Shown: positions 52,401-63,654, counted from the first letter of the stretch. The stretch is 64,000 nucleotides of DNA from Antedon mediterranea (GCF_964355755.1 NC_092676.1:2795788-2859787); one strand, 5' to 3'. Numbers and translations are program-made. Notes: generated by a model not told the origin, from the letters alone.

Positions 52401-52542
52401 CACGTTGTCGCATCTTGTACAACATTTGATTGGCTTCTTTTTTCGTTTGGAAACCGAGAACTTTTATTATTTCCCGCGTCTCCATTGGCCCATTGTTTTG
52501 TTGCAAGACATCAAGCACTTGGTCCATACTTCGCCCACTCAT
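37483..52542 (-). CDS. ADAR: ADAR1-type double-stranded RNA-specific adenosine deaminase: 3 Zalpha-type domains + 1 dsRBD + deaminase, about 864 aa from ATG 52542
   Basis: Exons 51311-52542 (acceptor at 52569), 49118-49274, 46219-46390, 40722-40815, 39195-39469, 38516-38695, 38167-38401, 37483-37732; phases consistent, 2595 nt. Catalytic motifs DSHAEI, TAPCGDG, TMSCSDK, GEGT flipping loop, [12 protein letters not shown]. ds[15 protein letters not shown]...GPSHNPRF...KKEARREAA. Three winged-helix Z-binding repeats each ending SPPxW. Confidence 0.95.
38026..38134. mobile_element. MITE family A copy (last ADAR intron)
   Basis: Family TIRs, TTA/TTA flanks. Confidence 0.75.
38800..38926 (+). mobile_element. 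Penelope-like element terminal fragment with degenerate hammerhead motif
   Basis: CTGAGGA-T-GATCAA-loop-TTGATC-GAAAC at 38824-38854, embedded between (TA)n runs. Confidence 0.55.
39572..39735. mobile_element. MITE family A copy (ADAR intron)
   Basis: Family TIRs. Confidence 0.75.
40985..41130. mobile_element. Fold-back MITE with central GGTTA(G) repeats
   Basis: ATAGGCAATTC...TGTATCA pairs with TGATACA...GAATTTGCCTAT. Confidence 0.6.
41645..42550. repeat. 81-bp minisatellite, 11 near-identical copies (ADAR intron)
   Basis: AATTGTACTGGGAATAAATACATTTGAACCACTCAGTAGAGCAGGGGTGGGGAGAGTAATGGGTAATGGGATATCAAAATG. Confidence 0.95.
43484..43643. mobile_element. MITE family A copy (ADAR intron)
   Basis: Family TIRs, TAA/TAA flanks. 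Confidence 0.75.
44605..45010. repeat. 24-bp tandem repeat grading into degenerate TGGGCAAG/AAACCAGT units
   Basis: (TGGGCAAGTATGTTTAAACAAATT)n. Confidence 0.8.
46524..46683. mobile_element. MITE family A copy (ADAR intron)
   Basis: Family TIRs, TAA/TAA flanks. Confidence 0.75.
48907..49030 (+). mobile_element. Fragment of the same 5S-derived SINE body in an ADAR intron
   Basis: CTGGTCAAGGTGGGCACTGGACGAGAGAAGCCCTTGATCAATGTTAGGACCAATCAAGGTGCTTTAAACAGTCCTGGCTTT is the reverse complement of about 11606-11685. Confidence 0.8.
49320..49605. mobile_element. MITE family A copy lacking one TIR, with about 9 copies of the internal 21-bp unit
   Basis: (ATATGGTAGTGATATGCCCAA)n followed by the right TIR. 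Confidence 0.75.
50686..50874. mobile_element. Tc1/mariner (pogo/Tigger-like) MITE
   Basis: CAGTCAACTCT...AGAGTTGACTG TIRs with TA TSD. Confidence 0.7.
51067..51190. mobile_element. MITE family A copy (ADAR intron)
   Basis: Family TIRs. Confidence 0.75.
51550..51740 (-). other. ADAR Z-binding domain 3 (KK to CR, Tyr kept)
   Basis: [10 protein letters not shown]...SESPPTW. Confidence 0.85.
51960..52150 (-). other. ADAR Z-binding domain 2 (Tyr to Phe)
   Basis: [10 protein letters not shown]...KDSPPLW. Confidence 0.85.
52350..52530 (-). other. ADAR Z-binding domain 1 (full Zalpha signature)
   Basis: [10 protein letters not shown]...SESPPKW retains the equivalents of human K169/K170/N173/Y177/P192/P193/W195. 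Confidence 0.85.
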
Positions 52543-52630
52543 AGCTGGAACATGAATCAGTAAAGAACCCTACAAAAACAATATTAAAAGATTCTTAATA
52601 AATATAATGAGTCTTTGAGGATCATAACAT

Positions 52631-53292
52631 CCCATAGCAACAAAAATTAGTAGATTTAAGTAGTCGTAAGTAGAAATAGCTCTATTTTTAGTAGCCCTAA
52701 TAGTTTTTAAGTAGACCTTTTTATCTCGCCTACTAAGGATTTTAACTCAATGAGTCAACGATGGAATGACTACTTACCAGCTATATAAAATAGATAGTTG
52801 ATTAATAGTTACTGGCTATTAATTATTTGTTAACAGTCTATTGATAGGGTATTGGTAGCCCTAGTATAGCTATTATAAGTAAACAGTTGATAGATATGAT
52901 ACTTATAGATTTCTAATAGCTATCTGGTAGTCCATATCTATCTATTGTATAAAATAGATAGTTTATTAACAGTTACTGGCTATTATCAGTTTATATCTAT
53001 TAATAGGTCGCTGGTAGCCCTTGATATAGCTATTAAGTAGACAATAGATAGATATATACAACTGTGTTACTCACAGATTAAAAATAGTGAAACATCTATC
53101 TAATACTATTAGTTGGGATTTTGAATTATGCTAATGAGGTAAAACCTATTAGGACCTATCTAAAATCTGCCTAAAATCTACTTATTAGTAGGTACCTTAA
53201 TAGGTAATAGAGCTATATCTATTAAGGCGATAACTTATAAGGCTAATAGGTATAGAGCTAGAGCTATATCTACTTAGAGTTTTTGTTATGGG
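52631..53292. mobile_element. CMC/EnSpm-like non-autonomous element
   Basis: CCCATA...TATGGG termini with 2-bp AT flanks; many internal TAG/CTA subterminal repeats. Confidence 0.55.
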
Positions 53293-53501
53293 ATAGAAAC
53301 TCAGAATGTCAAAGGTCACATAGTGTTTACAAAATATTTGATATAATCAAAATCATTAATAGTTACTATTGTTCCTTTGAAATCTAGTGTTAGTTTTACA
53401 TTATATTTTATGCTGTTATTTGTATCTTATTCTGTTTTTTTATTTCATCTCTTTCAAACTCTGCTTTCATGATATAATAATGTACAACCTTTAACCTTTA
53501 T

Positions 53502-53910
53502 CAAAGAACTTATAACACAAGAATCTCCTGTTCGTCCGAAGCGCGTAACAATTTCGAAAGGCATTGTGGGATAGAATAGAGCTATGGGTGGCGCCATTGT
53601 GAGCCATGGAGTAGGGCGCCCGCATCAAATTAGAAAGTCAAAATCATAGAGGGGATCTGCTAATGCTCTAGGGGGTATAGAGTAATTGACTGAGGAGTAG
53701 GGCGCCCGCATCAAATTAGAAAGTCAAAATCATAGAGGGGATCTGCTAATACTCTAGGGGGTAGAGTAATTGACTTCCTAGTTTGGAGGGGGCGCTGCTC
53801 CATGCTGTGGAATGGCGTCGCCCAGTTTGACCTTTTAACCCTGTACTTCCGATACTGTGTTTTGAATGCAAAATTGAAGAACAGGAGATTCTTGTGTTAT
53901 AAGTTCTTTG
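53502..53910. mobile_element. P-element-superfamily-like MITE
   Basis: Perfect 32-bp TIR CAAAGAACTTATAACACAAGAATCTCCTGTTC; 7-bp TSD CCTTTAT; internal ~86-bp tandem duplication. Confidence 0.75.
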
Positions 53911-56900
53911 CCTTTATTAAGAAAGACATCCGCTGTCAGGACCCAACAAAGTGTCCCATTAATAGTTTCTCCTAAATAGAAGTTGGCTGTTTAATATTTT
54001 GAATTCAATAAATGGGACTACTTTTTTATTTGTTTAATATCCACTTCTATATTCTTACTTTAAAAGCTTAATGTGGCTACCAAAGAATTAAAACATAAAA
54101 TAAATGCGACAGTTACTAAGTACCCACTAGGTGAAAAGAACTGACACAGACCCGTTATACCCAAGGACGCATTGGCCAACACGGGATACGATGTTGTGGA
54201 CGTGATCACCGATGCTGTGGACGTGATCACCGATCATGTCCAAATCATCGTCGATGCACCTAAATACCCATGATGATTAAAAGTAACGTAGCAAAAACAT
54301 TATTATAAAATGTGAAATCCTAAGTAATAATTGGCTCATAAAAAACACGATGAAAGATACAAACTGACATATTTATAATCATCAATAAGTTATAAACTTG
54401 AGAGGTATGTTGTAGCATCATCATGTGACTGTAATGTGTAACTGTCAACGTTTTAATAATTTATCCATCGCAGTCTGTCATAGATTCGACGTGTTAATCC
54501 TGTATGTACTAAATGAGTTTAGTAAATTGGTTTGGTTGGATATGGTAACCTGTATCCAATGTTACCGGGTTTCATAGTTTTTTAGTTTTATAAACCCCTC
54601 GTTTAGACCATATTATTAACAAATGTACTACAAAATTTAAGAAGTCAACTAATAATTTCTTTTCAGCATGGAAAAAAAATGTTATTTATAGATCAACATG
54701 CTTTTTTTTTTCTTTATTTTGCTTTTTTAATTTTTAATTTTTTTTAATTTTTACCATCATTTATCGTATATTATATTTATATTAAATTAATTTCTGTTAA
54801 AAAAGTCTTTAAACAGTGATTGGGTTCGCTTTTGACAATCCTGGCTTTTTGTTTCTTGTTGTATATCTATGTATTCTGTTGTAATTGTAATAAGCCGATA
54901 TTGAATAAATCAAAAATAATCTAGGAGTCTAGTTGAATTATTTTTTAAAATTAAAAAATACAAGAAGTCAATCAACTAATACTCTTTAAAATGCTACAGA
55001 ATGGAATAAAATTCACAAAAAGAGAAACTTAGCGGAATAACCCATGAGTCTAGTTGAATTAAAAATATTATTATAATTTCTATATAATGTTTTACTGTAT
55101 GGATACAAAATGGCCGTTATTAGTGAAATGTAGTAGGTAAGCTACAGCACTGTATGCATGGAACGGACACAAAATGGCTGTTATTATGAGACAATAGAAA
55201 AGTTACTTACATGGAATAAGACACAAAATGGTCGTTATTAATTCAAGTGTAGTTGATAAGTTACTACACTGCATGCATGAAACAGACACAAAATGGCCAT
55301 AATTAGAGAAAATACAGTAGATAAGCTAACTGCATGAAACGGACACAAAATGGCAGCCATTGTATTAGAATAACCTACTTCATGGAATATAATTCTGAAA
55401 TCATAAGCAGACAACACACTTTAAATCATTTGTTTTAATTGGATTTCTCTTTTAGATATTAATATTAAAGTGCTTTTCTTCATTAGCCTGATGACCAAAG
55501 CTACTGCCACTTAAAATTCCAATTTTCAAATAAATAAACTTCATCAATTTTAAGTAATTTTAATTAATTATACTAAAAGGAAAATTAACTTGTAATAGTA
55601 TTCATAATCGAATGAGTTCATTTAAGAAGCATAGCTTGCACAGAAGAGTATAAATGTGAACAGACGAGAGATATGATCCATGCTTGTCTTCTTGTGATCG
55701 TGAATATATAGTGGCTGTAGATCTATTAATGTTTTTAAATCTCAATAAATCAGTTAGTTGTAAAAACGCGCATCTGAATATATGATTTGTTATCCGTCAG
55801 AATGAATACCTCAATATAAATCTAAATTTTCGTTTCAAATTAAAATCGATGAATATCACATGAATATAGACAGTAAAGGTTAGATGGAAAAGGTCTCGTT
55901 GGGACTATCAGAAAACAATATCTATTAAAAAGCTAACCTCAGTAGACTGTTGGAGTTGACACATTTCACGGCCCTGCTTAATTATTAAACAAGTCATATA
56001 CTCATTGTCACCCATTGCTTCAAAACTCTAGGAATCTAATAATCTGTTATAGAAATAAGTACTGAAAAAGTTAAAGAGAAAATGTCTTCAGGTTGTACTG
56101 TACAATTAAGTTGCAATGTCATTTTTGTTTATAATGACCAACAACCAAAAACCGATTTAAAACAAAATTGTTCTTTTATTCATTTTTGTTAATTTGACGT
56201 TTGACATTATTGTAATATAATAGTTAAAACATCCCCTACAATGTCTTTTCCTAACTTATCAAAATAGTTATTTTAGATTTTATACATTCATGTAAAGTCT
56301 AATATGTCATATATATTTTGCATTATTCATAACATCGCATTAATATTAATGGTATTTTTAGTCTATATTACATAGCCAAGGGAAAATAAAAAATTCATAT
56401 TTTGCATAATTTAAGAAATCAAATAAAGATTATTCGTGCAAAGATATCGAATCCTTGACATTGAATATGTCTTTGTTTGAAGTGAAGGAAATAAAGTTGT
56501 TAAAGACAGCATTTCATGCGTTTTGATATATCTATTTTTTTGGATTCACACCTTTAGATCCGGGTGGCACACTTATAGTACAAAAGTGCATTTTTCAAAA
56601 TAATAAATTATATCATTTATTATAACAAATATGAAATACAAAAGAGAGAATTTTTTTTATTACATACCTTATTGACGAAGAAATAAAAACAAAGATAAAC
56701 ATTACTATTTAGTATTAATTACATATAACTTATTACAAGTATCACATAAGGTTATGCCAGTCTAATCATAAAAACTGAAATTTTTTCCCAACGTTATAAC
56801 AATTGTTGGAAGTTTAAAAAAACAAAATCTCTTTATCATTATGCCAGCCTGGTGTTATCTTTATAACACTGATCATTGTCACAAATCATGTTATTATTCT

Positions 56901-57721
56901 AGCTCAGTCTACACTATTCAACTTTATGTGAAAAAAAAAATGATATGGACATGATGATGTCATATCACTTCTATATTTTGGAATATCACTTTTTTTTTGT
57001 CAAACTAGTTTGATAGTTTAGACAGAGATTTAGAAAAGTTGTAATATAAAATAGTTTTTTTCTTTTATGGCTTAATTAGGACCTCTTGCAAACCAGTACT
57101 TTACTTTGAAAGAATTATTCCAGAATAAAGATTTATATATTTACTAAACAAAATTCTTAAAAAAAACAATTTGATTTCTAACATATTTTTACAACAAATT
57201 GTATATGAAAATGTAGTTTTGGTGTCTAACTTACTTTCTTTTGTTGTACGAAATATCGAGGACATGTTGGCTGTAAAGCATAATCTTCCAATAAATAATT
57301 TAAATTATTCCTTGATAACACATGAATATTACTGAGAACATTAATATAAGTCTGCAGTCAAGGGAGAATAAAAAGATTTAAGAAATATGAACATAATGCA
57401 TAATTTAAAAGTGTGAAATTATTCACAAAAATATTAATTATGCTTGCAAAAGAATTAACGTCCACTGATGTCCGTCGCATTTAGGTAAATTTTCAGTTCG
57501 TTGACTTCAAGGGATGGATTATTTCTTGATCAGAATTTTATGAAAATACACTTTAATTGCTATTTTATGTAGCATAAAAGTTAAGCAGAAAAATTCAAAT
57601 TTTTGAATCATGAAATTCAATACTTGCTAAGTTTAAATGACTTTTGTAAAACTACATTTGTGTTTCTTTTTGTACATTTTCAGTAACTAGATCAAACTGA
57701 TTACAACACTACTTTAAACAA

Positions 57722-58106
57722 GAATATTTCTTATAAAAAACGCTGCACTCTTATTGTTATTGCTAAGGTCAAGTCTGCGGGTCACTTCATCAAGCCTAGA
57801 TACTTATCCTAAGTATCCTATTACAAACAAAAACTTCAATGGACTGTTTTGATAATAATTCAATGTTTATCTGACAGTGAATTATAGTAATATCATGGGA
57901 CTCATAAATACCAGAAATGCTTTGGGATTTGTCATTAGACTCTTTTCCCAGCCGTTTTTTTGGATTCAACAGGTGGTACCTATAAATTATAGTCGAGTTT
58001 CCATTTTAACAAAAATGTCAAAGTGTAGTACTATACTGCTGCTTGATTTCATCTAATGAATGAGTAATCTCGTGTGACGTAGCGGGCTAGAGCAGCAGCG
58101 TGAAAA
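57722..58106 (-). mobile_element. Second copy of the 4234-4612 dispersed repeat
   Basis: Reverse-complement match along its whole length. Confidence 0.75.
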
Positions 58107-59375
58107 TGTTGTTACTGCGACAATACACAGTAGAACCTTTAGAACCAAACAAATTGTTCAAGAAAAAAAAGATGTTGAGTCCTATGCTTATTTGGTCGAT
58201 ATTTATTTGATGTTGTAAGACTGTAAAAACTTGTTAATTTGTTTTATCAGTGTTTTTTTAATTGGTATCTTAAATATTTGTTCACTCATAAGCCATAATT
58301 GGATGGTCTTGTTATAAACAAGAATGTGTTTTAAAAAATAAATAAATACCTGACATGGTATCAGTTGAGAACACTATTACCTTCATCCAATTGTTGGGAA
58401 GGTACAGTATATTTAGAAGAGTCAGTCCATATTATTTGAATTTTATATAAGAAATTCTACTAAATAAATTTACTATGGAAGCAAATTCCCACAATGGAAA
58501 CCTTAATCAAATCAAATATATCAAGAACACACATTTTTATTGCATCTGGGTTTAGATTTTCAAGTAAAAGCTTCCAAAATTATTACAAATTTGATTTATT
58601 TTACTTCTCCTATAAAACATGTGATCTTAATCAAGTCTAATATAATTCAGTTTTATTACCAAATCAGACAAATTTCACATACGTGTAAATACGAGTAAAA
58701 CCAATTTTATAAATGAAGTTTTTTAGATACTATTTACAAAATCAATGGTGTAACTTCAATCTTGCTACGTGATCTTGCCTCTAGTATCAGATTTTGCTGT
58801 AAATCGATTTTGTCCTTTTTATATTCCTGAAGTAGGACGGTCAGAACATCAATTTCACAGCGACCTCAGTTTTCTTTTTCTTTTTGTAACGTATATCATT
58901 ATAAATTTGGACCTATTAATTCGGCAGCGTGGTTTTAAAAATTTCGGCATGTTTTTTATCTGTCGGTTGTAAACGAGACCGAAAGGCACATATAATCAGC
59001 TGCCAATCATTTACCACTTATCTACCCCATCAATCAGCACATTCGAACGAGCTGTCAATCAAACACTACTATACTCGCCTATCAGTCAACTGGTACTTAT
59101 TACTGTACTGTACGCAAGAAATGACTGATGACTTACTAAAGAACGTGAAGACAGGTAAAGTTTTGTCACTTGTTGAAGTTTACTTTAATTAAAAGAGACT
59201 CCTTCTGGTATTGATAACAATCCCATGCACTAAAGCTCTGTCTGCACTATCAAACTTTATTTGACAAAAAAATGTGATGTGTCCACATGGACATGATGAT
59301 GTCATATCACTACCATATTTGGGTATATCACTACCATATTTGGGCACTTACATCACACTTGTTTTGTCAAACTAG

Positions 59376-60425
59376 GACCCCATTTACACTTCATCGACGA
59401 TTTCTTAGCCGGCCCGAAGTCGGCCCGACGCCGGCTTTCTTTTTAGCCTGCAATGTGTTTACACTTACCCAAAAAGCCGGCCTCGGGCCCCTACTATTGT
59501 GTTTACACTTGCTCTCGCGGAAGAGTGCTCGATGATACGATTTCGCTACATTCACGTCATATCCGCTCATGTGCGTCTTAAAAAGTTAAAAAGTTGTCGA
59601 TCTACACTAGCCTAGGCCTAGGCCTATCAACTTTATCAAAAAAAAAATCAAATAACGGTATTTAATATGGATCAAAACAATTGTATTATTGCTTTACTAC
59701 CAATGTTTGCGTCTCGTTTTCTAAAGAATAGTAGTAGATAATACGCCCCTTTTTTACGAAACGGAAGACATCTTCGATCGATGAAAACACAAACAATGCC
59801 GTTCAACGAAGCGTAACTAACAGAAATAACATAGCGTTTTCAGCCTATTTTCGGAGGAAAAGTTACTTAAAAATTTGTAACTCCTCAACGGACAGTCGTA
59901 TGGACAAAATTTTTACTGTAAAATGTTCTTTAAAGATTAGCCTATATAACTGTGTGATTAAAAAAAATTATAATTTTTTTTTTTCACTTCTTAAGTCCAT
60001 CGAAAAAACACCACAGTTTATAAGCATATGCGCCGGGTGTCCTGAAATCCCCTGAAAACGCTATGTTATTTCTGTTGGTTACGCTTCGTTGCACGGCATT
60101 GTTTGTCATAGATCGAAGATGTCTTCGTTTCGTGAAAAAGGCGTATACATCTTCACCAATTTAATTTCAATGAAGAATTTCCGATTCATCAGCAATAAGT
60201 TTCGTAAACTTAAAGCTATAGTTGACCCAGAACGTTCATTTTATGACCGCGAGTGTTTACACTATACGAAGTGCCGGCCCCAAGCCCGCAATTGCCGGCC
60301 CGAAGCCTACTCTAGACTAGGCTCAAAATTGAGCCGGCTCGGTTGTTCCCAGAGTGTTTACACTTGTGCACTTTTGGCTCGGAGCCGGCCTCGGGCTCGC
60401 TAAAAGCTGAAGTGTAAATGGGGTC
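59376..60425. mobile_element. Non-autonomous Harbinger-like element nested in MITE A
   Basis: Perfect TIR GACCCCATTTACACTT / AAGTGTAAATGGGGTC, 3-bp TSD TAG, subterminal GTGTTTACACT repeats. Confidence 0.8.
59741..60148. mobile_element. Long-TIR MITE nested inside the 59376-60425 element
   Basis: About 100-bp imperfect inverted repeats (59741-59843 vs 60052-60148). Confidence 0.65.
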
Positions 60426-60667
60426 TAGTTTAATAGTGTAGACAGACCTTAGATCTTTAGAGAACAACCAGAAGATTCACTGAATATGTCCAAACAAGAG
60501 TACTCCAAATAAAGATAGTTAATAATTAGTTTATTTAAAGAAAAAGACATTTTGTCACTTGTAGAAATTTGACAATCCTACACACCAAAAGAAATACCGG
60601 AGGATCCACTGAATAATTTTAGATAAAATATATATTTATAAATAATATAAATCCAAAGGAAAATTAC

Positions 60668-60800
60668 TGAAAAAATGACAATGCTGTGGGTACAAGTGGC
60701 TGGATCTCAATGGAGATACAAAATAAATAAGCAATAAAAAATGACAATGCTGTGGGTACAAGTGGCTGGATCTCAATGGAGATACAAAATAAAATAAGCA
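60668..60800. repeat. Two-copy ~66-bp tandem duplication
   Basis: AAAAAATGACAATGCTGTGGGTACAAGTGGCTGGATCTCAATGGAGATACAAAATAAA x2. Confidence 0.85.
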
Positions 60801-61707
60801 ACAACAAAAAAGTTTTTGAGAGATACCTGATATGCATGGCTGTCTACAAGTGTATACCTAGTGTATGTATTATATCCTAAAATAATCTTTTTATCAAGTT
60901 ATAGTTTATAACTAAATTAAAAGAGAACTGTTACACTGTAAAAAACTTAATCAAAATCTATAAACCTAGGCTTCACTGGGCTCAAAATTCACTCAAGCAA
61001 ACTTGTAGTAATTTGCTAGTATTTTTTTCATTTTTTCCCCAGGTAGCTATTTGTTTGCTGGTGGTAATTTTTTGAGAAAAAAAGATTACTTTAATACAGT
61101 CGTGCAAAGATTTGAATAAATTTGAATTAATTAATTAACTACATTAACTACTGACATAGAGAGAAATACATTTAGAAGAATATTTTCTAGGATAGCACAA
61201 AATGCTTATTTCAATTGGGGTCTTTTACTTACATTAGCTTGATGTGCCAATTTTTATAAATTAAACTTTTTGTAGAATTAATTTCTAGTTGGCTTGCTCA
61301 TTTTGCTAGTTAGAGAACTGCGGTAGTAAATATTTGTTTGTGGAAAAAAATGTAAATTTCTAGAAGTTTTAAATAGTTGATCATTTTAAGGTAGCAGTTT
61401 ATATTAGAGAGATTTTGTTTGCTAAAGAATATTCAAATATGCCATGATGATTTTTGTATGGCAATTAATGTACAAATGTAATTATAACAACCAAATCAAT
61501 GCCCTAGTTTCTTTACCTATCTTTCTGTTTATCCTTATCCCGATTTAAAAATATTCAGAACGTAAATTAGATATGCCATTCTAAGAAAAGAAACATGCAC
61601 CCTTGTGAATTAAATATAACTCACAAATTCAATCTAGAATAGCGATCATTTAAAATAGAATATTGTAAAGAATTTCATATCAGAAATTGGCAAAGATTCT
61701 TGCGTAC

Positions 61708-61713
61708 CGCCAT
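61708..61713 (-). CDS. ADAR: Putative ADAR first coding micro-exon (Met-Ala)
   Basis: ACA ATG GCG|gtacgc is a phase-0 donor. The exon-2 acceptor at 52569 is phase 0 and open (GSLLIHVPA) up to ATG 52542. CCAAT boxes lie directly upstream. Confidence 0.4.
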
Positions 61714-61719
61714 TGTAAA

Positions 61720-61960
61720 AGGAAACGTTTACAGCTAAACAATCAAAATTTAAATTGTTAATTTAGCCAATTACAAAACTAAACTTGTGCTGGAGGGTGA
61801 TTGGCTAATAACAATATGCACTAAGTATACGGTTTCGCAACTGGTTGAGTTAAAGAAGCTAATGTGGAAAAGAAGAAAGTGGAATGGCAATAAAGAAAAT
61901 TGAGTAATCGCGTAGATTGATCATGTGACACTGCAAGGTCATCTGAGGGGCTGATGATGT
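61720..61960 (-). promoter_or_regulatory. Candidate ADAR promoter
   Basis: CCAAT at 61767-61771, ATTGG at 61800-61804, TCATGTGAC at 61921-61929, all upstream of the putative ATG micro-exon. Confidence 0.35.
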
Positions 61961-62329
61961 CGGCTCTGAGCTAACTACAGGGTTTACAATTTGATCAATA
62001 AAATTACTAGATATATAATATCATACAAAATAATACTGTATCGTTTGCTGTCTTGTTTTTGATTGCCACAAATCAAAGGCCGATGATAGATTCCTGAGGC
62101 AACTTAACTCGTTGAACTTAGGGGAATGTCATCAACATCTTCCATTACTGTACAGAATCTCGTTTGAGTTACTCAGAATAGTCGCATATGTCAAAAGCAT
62201 ATTTAACATCTTTCATTTGGAATATCAAATTTGATTGAGACCTATAATGTATTGATGCCAAAATACATTAAAGTAGTCAATTTAACTAAACTACCTGATC
62301 TAACAAAGTAACTCTCTAATTCTCATCTC

Positions 62330-62750
62330 TTATCTCATAGCCTATTTCACCCACTGCTGTGTGAAGGCCTCCTTCAGCTGTTTTCATTTAGTTCTGTTCC
62401 TTGCCGATCTTTCCCATGTTGCCGTTTCCATGTACGTTGTTATATCGTCACGCCATCTTCTTTTTTGCCGTCCTCTTCTTCTTCTCCCTGTCCTTGGCTG
62501 CCATTCATTCAATCTCTTCGTCCATCTGTTGTCGTCTCTTCTGGCTATGTGTCCTGCCCATGTCCATTTCAATTCTTTGATCTTTACCATGATGTCTTTG
62601 ACTTTTGTTCTTTTCCGTATCTCACTATGCTTTACTCTGTCTCGTATTGATAGATTTACCAATTTTCTTTCCATCGCTCTTTGTGTTGTTATCAATTTTT
62701 GTTCCATCTCTTTCGTTGTTGCCCATGTCTCTGCCCCATAAACTATAGTT
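62330..62750 (-). mobile_element. RTE-clade LINE 3' fragment
   Basis: TTQRAMERKL...KWTWAGHIARRDDNRWT...RRRGRQKRRWRDDI, the conserved RTE ORF C-terminus. Confidence 0.8.
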
Positions 62751-62814
62751 GTTAGAACTCTCTAATTACTCCTATTATTAAAGGGCATTCAAGTGCTTCT
62801 GACAATGATATGAA

Positions 62815-63135
62815 AAGAGAAATGGAAAGAAAAATGGAACGAAAAATGGAAAGAGAATGTTTGAGGTCACATTAAAACAAAAAATTTAAAACACTGTGAT
62901 AAGAAAATTCACAAAAGATATAATGGACAAAGTAAAAGAAGCCAAATGGCGATGGCCAGGTCACATAGGAAGAAGAGAAGACAACAGATGGACCAAAAGA
63001 TTGACAGAATGGCAGTGGCAGCTGAGAATCAGCAAAAGAAGAGGAAGACAAAGACACAGATGGAAGGATGAAATCATATTCTACTTGGGCTAGGACAGCA
63101 CAGAAACGAAAGGCTTCAGGCGGGCTACATCTGAC
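62815..63135 (+). mobile_element. Second, more degenerate RTE 3' fragment in inverted orientation
   Basis: KWRWPGHIGRREDNRWTKRLTEW...RGRQRHRWKDEI. Confidence 0.75.
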
Positions 63136-63654
63136 AAGGAATGATAGAGCCGAGGTAAGGTAAGGCCCTCTGAGACAACACATTAAATCATAGTATCAAT
63201 CACATAGCAATTGTCTCAGCACCAACTTGTGTTCACTAAGCTGGGTACAATATAGTCCAGGTCTCATGTATACCACTATTTCTAATTTCCTTACCAGCAG
63301 TTGCCATACCACTACAAATACAGTACAGTGCAAGTACACTATATTTATCTATCTAATAAAATCAAAATTTCACTACAGTTCAAAACAGTACTGTAGTTGA
63401 AGTATAAGTAATGCAATGTTGTGTCAATTTTATTTATTTAAACGTATTTGAACTTGTCATTTATTATAACATATTCATTTTAAATTGTCTCGCTATATAA
63501 ACTTTTTTTTTGTGGAAATTTTAGTTAATTTGTTTGTTTGTTGGTTTGTTTTGACCATATTTAATGAGGATGATCCATTCAGCAATTGCTGATCATTAGG
63601 GACCCTCAGAGGTTCACAAGAAAAACATATACACAAGATGCTCTACATAAACAA

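Larger units (their letters stand above)
59234..60449. mobile_element. MITE family A copy split by nested elements
   Basis: Left part 59234-59375; the right TIR resumes at 60426-60449. Confidence 0.8.

Noticed and set aside
57235-57265. GCCAACATG...AAA|GTAAG as an alternative ADAR first coding exon
   Set aside because: Phase 1, so out of frame with exon 2 and stops early; it could be a non-coding or uORF exon, but nothing else supports it
62815-62855. ISRE-like GAAANNGAAA near the ADAR 5' end
   Set aside because: Falls within the purine-rich coding remnant of the RTE fragment
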